Positions 1-10,514 of a DNA stretch of 64,000 nt are shown here, piece by piece (the stretch's first letter is position 1; every line of letters starts with the position of its first letter). This DNA is from an uncultured Acidobacterium sp. (GTDB lineage: Bacteria; Acidobacteriota; Terriglobia; Terriglobales; Acidobacteriaceae). A model generated the notes under the pieces. It saw only the letters and a program-made list of their open reading frames with translations, had not been told where the DNA came from and ran no database searches. The DNA lies in NCBI GenBank assembly GCA_964535525.1, contig CAZHTJ010000001.1, positions 197,786 to 261,785 on the forward strand, read 5' to 3'. A program made the translations under genes and the position numbers.

Positions 1-2283
1 TGGGCGCGAGTAGCTGTAACCATAAGCCTCCTCTAGAAATTTTGGACGCACGTCGTTCAGCACGATTCCGAGCATGGGCGTTTGGGTCCGATCAAGCGAC
101 TGTACAAGAGCCGAAAAGAGAGAACGCGTCGTCCGCCCAGATCGCACCACCGCGATAATGCCGCCGACTTTTGTAGCTATCACGGATGCATCCGCGACCG
201 GGAGAATCGGAGGGCTGTCGATCAGAACATAGTCGTACCGAGCTTCAGATGTTCTTAACAGGGTTTCAAACGCAGCCAAGCCGAAGAGTTCGGTTGGCAA
301 CTCCGGCTGTTTTCCGGCTGCCAGCATGTAGAGGGTTGGCAGCGTTGCGTGACGAACGACGTGAGAGACATCGTGCGTAGTTGCCTCTCCGGCGCAATCG
401 CTCAGCCCGGGTGAGAGTTCCGCGCCAAAATGTCTGTGTAACTCCGGGTTACGGAGGTCGGCGTCGACCAACAGGACTCGCGCACCCTGCTGCGCGAAAG
501 CAACGCCAAGGTTGTAGACAATCGCTGTCTTACCTTCGCCCTCGATCGCGCTTGTTACAAGAATGGAGCGCGATTTAGTCGCAGGCATTCCCAGCAGAAT
601 TGCTGTTCGAATGGCGCGGAAGGATTCTGAATAAGGAGACTGAGGCGCAGAGATAAGCTGGCTTCCTCCGTCTCCGGCCCCGAGCAGTTTTCCATTGTGG
701 ATGTTCGGGACATACCCCAGCATCGGCAGGTTGAATACTTCCCTGAGATGACGTGGGCTACGTACGGTTTGGTCCATACTCTCGCGCAGAAACGCCGCGG
801 TGATTCCGGCAAAGAGTCCAAATCCCGTAATCAGAGCCATATACTTAACGTATTCAGGGCTGCTGGGTGATCCGGCCGCACGCGCTTGGTCTACGACGTC
901 GATACGCGCAGCGCGAACTCCAGACGCTAGGCTTGCTGTTTGCAGTTTTGAGAACAAGCTCTCATATAAAGCCCTGTTTGAGTAGGCTTCCTGCGCCAGT
1001 ACCTGGAGCTTGACCGTTTTATCCGCCATCGCATCGGCGGCAGATTGCTGCTCAGTGAACTGTTGCCGAATAGTACCTTCGTTACGCTTGGCATATAGAT
1101 ACGCATTGGCGGCCCGCAGTCTAATGCGTTCTAATTCCGCCTGCATCTGTTGCTTAACGGCATCCATCTGTTGCTGCAACTGAATCATCTTTGAATCATT
1201 TGGTCCATAGGTCACTGCATAACCGGCATACTGGCGTGATAATGCCGCCTCCTGGGCTCGCAAAGATCGAACCAATTCGATGCCGCTGTCGGAAGTCAGT
1301 GTGCCGGTTCCACCACCGATGGCGCTGGCGCCATTCATCGTTCCAAGGCCCAAGACGACCTCTGGATCCTGGGTCTGAACTAAGCGATACACCATTTCCG
1401 TCGAGATTCGGCTCGCTTCCGCCTGCGTAAGTTCCTGATTGAGAGCGAAGAGACGTTCCGTTATGGTGTTGTGCGGAGAAACCGCGACGCTGCTTGTGCC
1501 GTCCCCCGTCGAGGCTCCCGACAGCTCAATCCCTGCGAGCCCGGTTTGGCGCTCATAGTCTGCCAGATTCTGTTCTGAGGTTTCAACCTGTTTCTTCAGA
1601 TCGCCCAACTCCTGCTGTAGCCAGTAAGATGCTTGTGCCGTCAGCCGCTGATGGCGTTCCATCGCATTCTCGATGAAAAGGTCTGTGAGAGCGTTTGCGA
1701 TGTTTGCAGCCAGTACGGGGTCAGGATTTTGATACGTGACGTTGATGAGTCGCGTATCCTCCGGCGATGCCACCTTGAGGCTGCGCTCGAAGAGTTTAAA
1801 CATGCGCTCTCTTGTACGCGGCGCATCTTCGAGAGGCCGGCCTCTTTCTCTGGGATCGTTGACCCGGTCGAAAGGGCGCCTTTGCTGCAGATTCAGCTGC
1901 TTGATTACTTGCATCGCCAGACCTTCGCTCTGCAAAATCCCGATATCGGTCTGAATCTCGCTCTTGAGTTCGTCCGATGTCGGCTGATTGGCGTTCGACG
2001 AAACGCTCGCTCCCTCTATCTGATTCTCCTGTTGCACCTCGATAGTGGCAGTTGCCGAATACTTGGGCGTCATCAAGAAGCACGCAGTAGCCCCCAACGC
2101 GATAATCGCAATCCCCAGAAACCCAACCGTCTTCCAGCGGCGACGAAGAACGCGCAGTAGGCCGGGCAACGTCTCATACTCCGACGCGCTCGGCAAGAAA
2201 ATGACGTCCGAAGCCGGCGTGCTCGGAAGGAGCAGAGGGTTGTGCGGTGGATTCAGGGAGGTATGCAATGAAGAGGAACGCAT
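1..2283 (-). CDS. Polysaccharide chain-length determinant / BY-type tyrosine autokinase (Wzc/GumC-like); 3' end runs off the window
   Basis: Uninterrupted minus-strand frame from ATG at 2283 to the window edge. It is absent from the ORF track because there is no stop in the window. Own translation gives an N-terminal TM/Wzz-like region (TPKYSATATIEVQQ), a P-loop kinase (ILVTSAIEGEGKT, VLLVDADLRNP, VLIDSPP) and a Tyr-rich tail (YGYSYS). Confidence 0.8.
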   Translation of the reverse strand, partial: MRSSSLHTSLNPPHNPLLLPSTPASDVIFLPSASEYETLPGLLRVLRRRWKTVGFLGIAIIALGATACFLMTPKYSATATIEVQQENQIEGASVSSNANQPTSDELKSEIQTDIGILQSEGLAMQVIKQLNLQQRRPFDRVNDPRERGRPLEDAPRTRERMFKLFERSLKVASPEDTRLINVTYQNPDPVLAANIANALTDLFIENAMERHQRLTAQASYWLQQELGDLKKQVETSEQNLADYERQTGLAGIELSGASTGDGTSSVAVSPHNTITERLFALNQELTQAEASRISTEMVYRLVQTQDPEVVLGLGTMNGASAIGGGTGTLTSDSGIELVRSLRAQEAALSRQYAGYAVTYGPNDSKMIQLQQQMDAVKQQMQAELERIRLRAANAYLYAKRNEGTIRQQFTEQQSAADAMADKTVKLQVLAQEAYSNRALYESLFSKLQTASLASGVRAARIDVVDQARAAGSPSSPEYVKYMALITGFGLFAGITAAFLRESMDQTVRSPRHLREVFNLPMLGYVPNIHNGKLLGAGDGGSQLISAPQSPYSESFRAIRTAILLGMPATKSRSILVTSAIEGEGKTAIVYNLGVAFAQQGARVLLVDADLRNPELHRHFGAELSPGLSDCAGEATTHDVSHVVRHATLPTLYMLAAGKQPELPTELFGLAAFETLLRTSEARYDYVLIDSPPILPVADASVIATKVGGIIAVVRSGRTTRSLFSALVQSLDRTQTPMLGIVLNDVRPKFLEEAYGYSYSRP

Positions 2284-2294
2284 ATAGAGATGCC

Positions 2295-3095
2295 TCAGTC
2301 GAATGTCCGAATGCGAAGGAATTGCAAGCTTATGTTCCAGATGAATGTGGGATTGTTAATTAGATATCGTCTCCACAATCGCTTCGGCTCCTGGAAAAGG
2401 CGATGGAGCCACTGTAGCCCGACTGCTTTGATCCAGCGCGGAGCGTCTGCAATCTTGCCGGTGTGAATATCGAACGCTGCGCCGACTCCGATCATGAGAC
2501 GGGTATCGAGCTTCGCCAGATATAGGGCCATGAACTTCTCCTGCTTTGGAGTACTCAGACCGACCCAGATAATGTCAGGCTTCAGGGCTTCGACCTGACG
2601 GATCAGTTCGGCCTCTTCTCCTGGATTAAACGGCCTAAAGGGTGGAGTAAAAGTCCCAACTACTTGGAGCCCTGGTAGGCGCTTCATTAAAACAGCGGCG
2701 AGCTGGTCGGCCACGCCGGGGTTTCCGCCATAAAAAAACTGGGTATAACCTCGGGAGACAGATAACCGGCATAGCTCGAGCATATAGTCGGGGCCGTATA
2801 CACGACGCATACCGCTATGTCCTTGCATCGCGCCAACCCAAACGGTTGGCATTCCGTCCGGGACGGTGACGGTCGCCGTATTCAGAATGTGACGAAAACC
2901 GGGGTCAGACTGAGCCTCCATTACTCCATGAACCCCAGTTACGCATACGTAACCCTTCTTTCCTTGCAGGATATGGTCATCGGCAAGACGCACGGCTTCT
3001 TCCATCCCAACGGCGCTGATATGCACTCCGAGCACATTGCATCGGGGATGCTCGGTTAAATCGGTGTTGGGAAGAGACGACATAAAACTCTCCAA
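2295..3095 (-). CDS. WecB/TagA/CpsF-family glycosyltransferase
   Basis: 266-aa ORF with a family-typical pattern (CNVLGVHISAV..., YVCVTGVHGVMEA, FFYGGNPGVADQ, IIWVGLSTPKQEKF). An alternative start is at 3083. Confidence 0.8.
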   Translation of the reverse strand: MESFMSSLPNTDLTEHPRCNVLGVHISAVGMEEAVRLADDHILQGKKGYVCVTGVHGVMEAQSDPGFRHILNTATVTVPDGMPTVWVGAMQGHSGMRRVYGPDYMLELCRLSVSRGYTQFFYGGNPGVADQLAAVLMKRLPGLQVVGTFTPPFRPFNPGEEAELIRQVEALKPDIIWVGLSTPKQEKFMALYLAKLDTRLMIGVGAAFDIHTGKIADAPRWIKAVGLQWLHRLFQEPKRLWRRYLINNPTFIWNISLQFLRIRTFD

Positions 3096-3145
3096 AGGAA
3101 AAGAGCGATGCAGCGTAACCTAGGCGGGAACCCATTCCGGTCACG

Positions 3146-4243
3146 CTATCGTGCGATCAATTCTGGGACTTTCCGCGATGCCTGCACTTGAGCGTTGATC
3201 CAACCGTATATCTTTTCCAGACCCTCCTGCAATGGCGCAGACGGCGCCCAATCCAGCTTCTCCCGAATCAATCGGTTGTCGGAGTTTCTTCCCCGTACAC
3301 CTAACGGCCCCGGTATATGCCGAATGTGGAGCCGTTTGCCAGCCGCGTCCATTACCATCGCTGCAAGTTGATTAAGGGTGACCATCTCATCCGATCCGAT
3401 ATTCACTGGGCCAGAAAAGTCGGATTCCATCAGGAGTCGCACACCTTCTACACATTCGTCGATATATAGAAACGAGCGCGTCTGACTGCCATCACCCCAG
3501 ATCTCGATCTCGCCATCGTCCTCGACCTCTGAAACTTTGCGACAGATTGCGGCGGGTGCCTTTTCTCGCCCTCCGCGCCAGGTCCCCTGGGGACCGAAGA
3601 TGTTGTGGAAGCGAGCAACGCGAACCTGAACGCCGTGATTGCGCGCAAAGGCGAAGTAGAGGCGCTCGCTGAACAGCTTTTCCCAGCCATACTCGCTGTC
3701 GGGAGCAGCCGGGTAAGCCGATTCTTCACTGCAGATCGGACTCTCGGCAATCTTCTGGTTATATTCTGGATAGATGCAGGCCGAGGATGAGTAGAAGTAT
3801 TTGTAGACGCCGGCCTTTACACCTTCGTGCAGCATGTTCAGATTGATGGTCGCCGAGTTATGCATGACTGCGGCATCGTGTTCTCCCGTGAAGATGTAGC
3901 CGGCGCCTCCCATATCCGCTGCGAGTTGATACACCTGGTCAATCTCCCTGACCACGTCTGCTGTGGTCACAGGGTCGCGAAGGTCACCAATCACGAACTC
4001 GTCCGCGTCGGTTGAGCTGAACTCCGGGTACTTGAGATCCACGCCGCGAACCCACAGTCCTTCACTTTTAAGTCGGGTGACCAGGTGACTTCCGATGAAA
4101 CCGCCCGCTCCTGCTACCAGAACTCGTTTCACGATATCCCCTTTCGGCCCTGTTGAAGTTTCGTAAACACCGGACAAGCCTTTGCTCCTGGCGCTTTCCC
4201 TTGACTCCGTCACACCCTTCGATGGGAATAAATGTTTATCCAC
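3146..4243 (-). CDS. NAD-dependent sugar epimerase/dehydratase (GDP-mannose 3,5-epimerase-like)
   Basis: Rossmann motif VLVAGAGGFIGSHL and an SSSACIYP...K type active-site region. The true start is probably the GTG at 4132, just before KRVLVAG. Confidence 0.8.
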   Translation of the reverse strand: MDKHLFPSKGVTESRESARSKGLSGVYETSTGPKGDIVKRVLVAGAGGFIGSHLVTRLKSEGLWVRGVDLKYPEFSSTDADEFVIGDLRDPVTTADVVREIDQVYQLAADMGGAGYIFTGEHDAAVMHNSATINLNMLHEGVKAGVYKYFYSSSACIYPEYNQKIAESPICSEESAYPAAPDSEYGWEKLFSERLYFAFARNHGVQVRVARFHNIFGPQGTWRGGREKAPAAICRKVSEVEDDGEIEIWGDGSQTRSFLYIDECVEGVRLLMESDFSGPVNIGSDEMVTLNQLAAMVMDAAGKRLHIRHIPGPLGVRGRNSDNRLIREKLDWAPSAPLQEGLEKIYGWINAQVQASRKVPELIAR

Positions 4244-4250
4244 CGATCTC

Positions 4251-5955
4251 TTAGGCTGCTCCTGATCCCCGCATGACCGCAGGAACGGTTTTTGCCAGGA
4301 TCTTTAGGTCTAACCACAAAGACCATTCGTCCATATATTTCAAATCCAGTAGCATCCACTGATCGAAGGAAATACCGCTGCGTCCGTTGACCTGCCAGAG
4401 ACATGTAACCCCCGGCTTAACACTGAAGCGGCGCCTCTGCCAGTCTTCATTGAATCCTTCGTAGTCTCGAACTGGGAGCGGGCGCGGGCCGACCAGGCTC
4501 ATGTCTCCCTTGAGGACATTCAACAGCTGGGGTAGTTCGTCAATGCTGCTTCTTCGGAGCAATTTTCCTATTGGAGTAATCCGAGGATCATTCCTGATCT
4601 TGAATACCGGCCCGGAGACTTCATTCCTGCTCTCGAGGCTTGACATGAGCTGCTCGGCATTGGAAACCATAGTCCGGAATTTGTAGATCCTGAAACGGCG
4701 TTTATTCAGGCCGATGCGTTCCTGAAGGAAGAGTACGGGTCCCGGAGACGTCAGTTTAATGGCAATGGCGACACTGACGATTAGGGGAGCAAAGATCAGC
4801 AGCAAAAGGGAGGAAATCGCGATATCCAGCGCACGCTTCACCGCCAATGGCCACCCCTCGCCAGCGCCCGTATGGGTCGCAATATAGTGGCCGCCTCCGA
4901 TCTCCTCAGTGAGCCAGCGTGCGTTCGTGAGGCCAAATGTGTCCGAATTAAGCCGTACGATGATTCCGTGGTGCGCACAGAGACCAGCGACATCCGCCCA
5001 GTAGCGATAGAACGAAGCGAACGGCAGGTAGATGACGACTTCGTCGACGACGTTCTGCCGGAGAAACTCCGCCAAGTGGGGATAGTCACAGATCACCTCA
5101 AATCCACTGGCTCGAAAGTTTGCGCTTCCGGACCACTCGTCGTCGACGAATCCCAGGATTCGATAGCCGCGTTCTGGGTTTGACGCAATCCTCTTCGCGA
5201 AGGCAACGGCTCGCGGATTGGTTCCAAAATATCAACAGATGACGTAGATTTCTGCCGTGGGCTCGAAGGTGGAAGAGCGAAATTCTAAATGCGACGCGTG
5301 AACCACACAACACCAGTGTCGTGGCCATCCAGAAGATTAGTACGAATGGCAGAGTGACCATTCGGATGGTGAGAATCACACTAATCAGCACGAAGAACGC
5401 GGAGGAAAGAGTGGTCGCTTTCAGGATGTCCACGAGCTCCGCCCGTCGCGTCGACAATCTCCTGGATTTGTAGAGGCCAAATGCTTGAAATATGAGATGA
5501 CAAATATAGATAAGCGATAGAAATATGAGGAAGTTCGATATCTTTGTCCTCATCGAAAGGAATGCCGCAAGGGACACGCTCTTTTGCGCGTGAACGATGA
5601 GTACCGTGCTGAGACCAAAGGATGCTATTACCGCCAGGAGATCGATGATTTTAAGCAGATTGAGAAGACCGAGCAGAAGACGATGCCTATTGTCAGTCAC
5701 GATTTCTCCCTCCACTCTCGAGCGAGCGATTACTGGTTCGGAACGCGGGTTTGGCTTTGAGCCGAGAAAGGTCTTTAGCAACAGAAAGGCGAGTTCGGGT
5801 TGTCGCGGTCGTTTGTCAGACAAGAGTGACGATGCGTTTTCTAGCCCTATTGAACCGGGTCGCGCATAGCTTCGCCCTGTGAGTCCCAGGAGCTTTCCCT
5901 CCCGAGATCTCCGACGCTTCCAGGTGACTTTGGCCCAATCGGAATCGAAGCTCAT
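4251..5955 (-). pseudogene. Exopolysaccharide priming polyprenyl glycosylphosphotransferase (WbaP/ExoY family), split by a frameshift
   Basis: ORF 4251-5096 carries the sugar-transferase domain (VGPRP, DELPQLLNVLKGDMSLVGPRP). ORF 5098-5955 carries the N-terminal TM region. Shifting frame at the A4 run 5226-5229 restores the contiguous sequence LLIFGTNPRAVAFAKRIASNPERGYRILGFVDDEW...FEVICDYPHL. Confidence 0.7.
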
Positions 5956-6041
5956 TCCGGTAACACCCGTTCGTTACGTTCCAGATCCCGATCATCGTTA
6001 CCGCCGTGCGAGCCAACGGTTCGCCTGCTGTTTAACTGCTC

Positions 6042-6401
6042 TTACATCAAGACATGACGGGTTAGTTGGTCGTCACTGAAAATGCCGCGAACCCCGAAAT
6101 AGCCAGAACCCGGTTGTTCGGCCACCCGGGTTACCTTTCCCATACACTCGATCCGAATTTCCTCGGCCCTCTGGTCTGGCGAAGGGATCAAAACCTCAAT
6201 TCGAACATCAGCTCCAACCGGTGGACACCTGCTGCTCAGAATGAGCGCACCGTCCAGCGCGACATCGGTTGTGAAGCCGCCCCCGGTCTGCTCCGTCCCG
6301 TCGTTCCAGTGAAAAATGACTGGCAATCGTAACCTGTATCTCATGGCAGATCGACGCTCAAGGACGGGTCCTGGGGGCATGGGAGTGGCCAGCATAAGCA
6401 A
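6042..6401 (-). CDS. PilZ-domain protein (putative c-di-GMP receptor)
   Basis: RRSAMRYRL (RxxxR) followed by TDVALDGAL (D/NxSxxG-like). Small beta-barrel-size protein. Confidence 0.6.
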   Translation of the reverse strand: MLMLATPMPPGPVLERRSAMRYRLRLPVIFHWNDGTEQTGGGFTTDVALDGALILSSRCPPVGADVRIEVLIPSPDQRAEEIRIECMGKVTRVAEQPGSGYFGVRGIFSDDQLTRHVLM

Positions 6402-6979
6402 ATTTCCAAGGCGTCACAAGATGGTGAACGTTAGGGACATGTATGAGTCGCAGGTGGGATCGCAGGAATGCCTCTGTCCCTGGGCAAGATGGTGCGGAAC
6501 TCTCACAATCGTCCGGCCTTCCTGAGTGAATGTCCTGGACCGTCGTAGAGAAGAAAGTGTGTTGTGAACAAAAATAACTGTTGCGACACTTGAAATGCGG
6601 TACAGTTGTCGCATCAGGCACGCAGCGACTACGCAAGTAGTTGCCCGGATTTCGTGATCGACTCTCCTAAGGTGCCCTGTCGCGCCTAACAGCAACGAGA
6701 TAGCTGGGAAATACTGAACACCCTGAAGGGAAACGGGGGCCGATTTCGTTTCTACAGAAGAGCGGCTTGATCCCAATCTCTGGTGGCTCCCCCCCGCCTC
6801 GATTGTGGAACCAAAGGCCAGAGTCCGCAGGCGCACGGGCGCGGACGGAAATCGCCGGATGTCTCTTTGTAGATAGAATTGGGGGTCTTAAGGTGCAATT
6901 ACAGTCATCAACGTCTTCCTCGCGGCGCCGCGAGACTGTCCCTGTAGTGTTGCCGCAGACTGATCGGGGTTTGAGTGGA

Positions 6980-7696
6980 GTGAGGTCGAAGTATGATGCC
7001 CCTGGATTCCGAGTTCTGATCGTTGATCGTGACTCTATGAGCAGTGACCTGCTCGCTACGGCTCTGGCCCAGAATAGAGATTGTCGAGCTTCCGCTGTCT
7101 CGTCCACCGATCTCCTGCGCATTTTGGAAACGGACCGCGCGGATCTCGTGGTGATCGGCGCTGAACTCAACCAGAAGGCCGGGAACGGATTCGATCTGGC
7201 ACAAACGGTTTCTCGGGCGCACCCCAGCGTCCTGATTGTTGTTCTTTTGAATCAGTCGTCGCATCAGTCGGTTGTTAACGCATATCGCTGCGGGGCACGG
7301 GGAGTGTTCTCGCGCCAGCAACCGGTCGCCGAGTTTCTCGACTGTGTTGAGCACGTGCGCAAAGGCTTCATCTGGGCGGGCAGACTGGAGACGACTTTCC
7401 TGCTGGACGCAATCAAGTGCATTCCCTCGCCTGATATTGCCATGGCCGGCGAGTCAACGCCCCTGACCGAGCGCGAACTGGACGTCGTGCGGTGTGCTGC
7501 GACCGGCAAGACCAACAAGGTTATTGCGGCCGACCTCGGACTCAGTGAGCACACGGTGAAGAACTACCTCTTTAGAGCGTTCGAAAAACTGGGTGTCTCG
7601 AATCGCGTCGAATTGTTGTTTTACTTGACGTTGAGAGGCCACAGATTCGGCCCCGCCGAGGCTGATGAGCCTGAAGATGGCCAAATGGCAGGCTGA
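6980..7696 (+). CDS. LuxR-family regulator with a degenerate receiver domain
   Basis: C-terminal LuxR HTH (LTERELDVVRCAATGKTNKVIAADLGLSEHTVKNYLFRAFEKLGV). The N-terminal REC-like fold lacks the phospho-acceptor Asp (ADLVVIGAEL). GTG start at 6980 after a GAGTGGAG SD-like sequence. The ORF-track start 6767 is probably too far upstream. Confidence 0.7.
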   Translation: MRSKYDAPGFRVLIVDRDSMSSDLLATALAQNRDCRASAVSSTDLLRILETDRADLVVIGAELNQKAGNGFDLAQTVSRAHPSVLIVVLLNQSSHQSVVNAYRCGARGVFSRQQPVAEFLDCVEHVRKGFIWAGRLETTFLLDAIKCIPSPDIAMAGESTPLTERELDVVRCAATGKTNKVIAADLGLSEHTVKNYLFRAFEKLGVSNRVELLFYLTLRGHRFGPAEADEPEDGQMAG

Positions 7697-7745
7697 TCCG
7701 TCCGCCTCGAGCTTTTGCCAGAGCCAGTCTGTGAGATCCGATCCG

Positions 7746-8078
7746 ATGATAATTCCGTTGTTGTTATGGACAGCTATACTTGCCGGCCAGACAAATGCGC
7801 TGCAGGGAAAGCAGGTAGTTTATCTGCAGCCGCACAGCGGTGCTATTCGGGTTGACTTTGGGGGAAAGCAGCTTGATCTCCTCGAGGCGCCAGCGGTTAT
7901 CTATCTACCTATGGCTCCTCCCAAACTGGATTCTCAGGGAAAGCCACGGTCCATCGACATCAGGAATCTGGGACCTAACGCGGTTACGGTGGTCGGCGCT
8001 TCGCAATTCAGCTCGCGAGTCATCGTTGGTCAGACTATCCACGTAAACTCGAACGGCAGGGCGTACTCGTTGAAGTAG
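7746..8078 (+). CDS. Small secreted hypothetical protein
   Basis: Signal-peptide-like MIIPLLLWTAILAGQTNA. No recognisable domain. Confidence 0.4.
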   Translation: MIIPLLLWTAILAGQTNALQGKQVVYLQPHSGAIRVDFGGKQLDLLEAPAVIYLPMAPPKLDSQGKPRSIDIRNLGPNAVTVVGASQFSSRVIVGQTIHVNSNGRAYSLK

Positions 8079-8148
8079 CCCTTTCTGTGGGTTTCGCGCA
8101 GACAGGCTCGGGCAGTTCGGATCCTCGGTTGTTCCAAAGGCACACTTA

Positions 8149-9189
8149 ATGACCCGTGTACTCGTAACCGGCGCAGCCGGCTTCCTGGGCTCTCACCTAT
8201 CCGATCGGTTGCTCGGCTAGGGGCACACCGTTCTGGGCGTAGATAATCTCTCGACCGGCAATCCTGAGAATCTCAGGCATTTAAGAAACGAGTCCCGCTT
8301 TGCCTTCGAGGAACGGGACATCTGCGATGCCTTCGATCCCGGACAGGTGGACTATGTTTTCAATCTTGCCTCGCCGGCGAGTCCGCCCGAATACCTGCGC
8401 CTTGCGATCGAAACGCTGCGGGTCGGCTCGGCAGGAACTGAAACCGCGCTCGAGATCGCGCACAAGTATGGTGCTGGTTTCCTCCATGCTTCCACTTCGG
8501 AGTGCTACGGGGATCCACTCCAGCACCCGCAGCCAGAAACGTATTGGGGAAATGTCAACCCGATCGGTTTGCGCTCCGTCTACGACGAAGCCAAGCGTTT
8601 CTCTGAGGCCCTCACGATGGCCTATCACCGCCATCGCGGCGTGAACACCCATCTGGTTCGAATCTTCAACACCTACGGTCCAAGATTGCACCCCGGCGAC
8701 GGCCGCGTTATCTCCAGCTTCATGATGCAGGCGCTCCGCGGGGAGCCGCTCACGGTCTACGGCGACGGCCAGCAGACTCGCAGCTTCTGTTACGTCTCCG
8801 ACCTCATCGAGGGCATTTTCAGGTTGTCGCGATCGAAAGAACACCTTCCCACGAATATCGGCAACCCGACGGAATTTACCATGCTGGACTGCGCGCAGAT
8901 CGTTCGCGACGTCACGGGATCAAAGAGCGCGCTCTGCTTTGAACCGCTTCCCCAGGATGACCCGACCCGACGCAAGCCAGATATCAGCAAAGCCAAAAGA
9001 GTCCTCGGATGGGAGCCGCGGATCGATCTCCGTGACGGGCTGGGGCTCTGCCTCCCGTATTTTCAGGAGGCAACGCAGATCCGAGTGGTCGAACATACAA
9101 AATTTGTGCCGCAGCCCTCGTCAAATTTCCTCACTGACCTTGGAGCGACGCGTTTAGCGGTGGGACAGGATCCACTGACGCAAGCATGA
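8149..9189 (+). pseudogene. UDP-glucuronate decarboxylase (UXS/ArnA-like SDR) interrupted by an in-frame TAG
   Basis: ATG at 8149 gives MTRVLVTGAAGFLGSHLSDRLLG, then TAG at 8218-8220. The same frame continues [14 protein letters not shown]...[10 protein letters not shown]...YDEAKR... to 9189. Confidence 0.8.
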
Positions 9190-10514
9190 AATCCGGAATC
9201 GGCGCGACGACCGCAGTGCTCCTCCAGTCGGTTTCGATGAGTTTCCATTAGCCTCTTCCGCATGCAGAATTCCGCGTTGGCCATCAGTGCGGCGAAGTCA
9301 GTCCGGGAGGAAAAGAGCCCCCATAATTGCGGAAGGCTCGTTGAGCCACAAGCGCCCAGACTCGTTATCCGTATTTTGTCTCCAACGCAGAAATTGCGGA
9401 GTGATTCGGTCACGCCGAGGACTGTCGATCTGGCCATGTAACCCGAGGGCCGTTGGCGTTGTAGCTGCGTCAAGGGCGCCGTTCTCCGGTGTTCATCTCG
9501 ACCCTTGACGCAGCCCCGCGCGCCGACACAATGGAGGTCGGAACGAAGCGCAGCGTTCACAGCTGAGCTTCGTTCCATAGCAGAAGACGTCCTCTTCCGG
9601 CTCTCTTCGGGCGGATCGGCATCATCCCTCCCGTCGCCTTTTTCGCGAGCGGCGCTGAACACAGGCAGTCCTGGGGTTCACGCACATTCATGACTTTACG
9701 AACCTCCGAGAAGGGGGAAAGCCGACATTCGCGCGTGCGCGGCGGGTTCGCGAGAGCCTGGCAGTCAGGCTTAGCTCCTCCCGAAGTCAGTGTGGTCGAA
9801 CTCGTCGCGCCCAGGGCGAGGTAGCTATCGGCGGTACGCGGCCCGGGTTGCGGTCGCAATTGCGCCAATGTGCCTGGGGTTAACAAAGCCCCACATCTTG
9901 AAACTGCCGTCTTTGGTCATAACAAGCCTCCTCGATGACACCCTCGTCCCCCAGCGACGCGGTGCAGAGATGGCTTGTGATCTTCAACGACCGTGAGGGC
10001 AAATCCCCTTCGCCAACGGAACTCCGGCTGGGGCGGATGTTCCACGGCTCGGCGACTGGTCGGCGCCGTGGCACCATTCTCCCAATCAGTCCTGCGGGCG
10101 TCAAGTGTGCTGCACGAGGCGTCCATCTCGTCGGTAGAGGGAGGGTTGTTCGGGTCTCGACAGATCGCCTGCTTCGGACGAATGACCGGCGTTCATCTCG
10201 CTGTTTACGTTCGTAAACGCAGGTTCCTCCCGGGCAACCAGATTTCGCCGATAAGCTGACCACCCAACAGGTTCGCCGCGAGGAACGCAAGTTCCTCGGC
10301 AGCACCCTATGAGGGGCGGAGTGTCGAAATTCACCCGGTGCGCAGCACCGAACGGCATCGGGGCGCAAAATCAAACCCAACTCAGGGAAGGAATCGGGCA
10401 GTCATCCTCATGTTATTGTTTCGCCTCTTGGCTCTCGCATCGGCCCGGCTGCGGCAAGCGGAGTCCCGGGTCCAAAGGCGAGGCAAGAGACCCCTGATCG
10501 AATCCGGCAATATT

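Noticed and set aside
6401-6980. A c-di-GMP riboswitch or sRNA in the 580-bp PilZ-LuxR intergenic region.
   Set aside because: Only a generic 7-bp hairpin (TGCGACA…TGTCGCA around 6585-6615) was seen. No GEMM-like conserved motifs were recognisable by eye.
9190-10514. Candidate genes in the 1.3-kb stretch after the EPS locus, including a 31-codon ORF at 9921 (minus strand) with a perfect GAGGAGG SD.
   Set aside because: All longer ORFs are Arg/Cys/Ser-rich with no motif and overlap each other in several frames. The SD-led ORF stops after 31 codons. This is probably decayed island DNA, so no feature was called.
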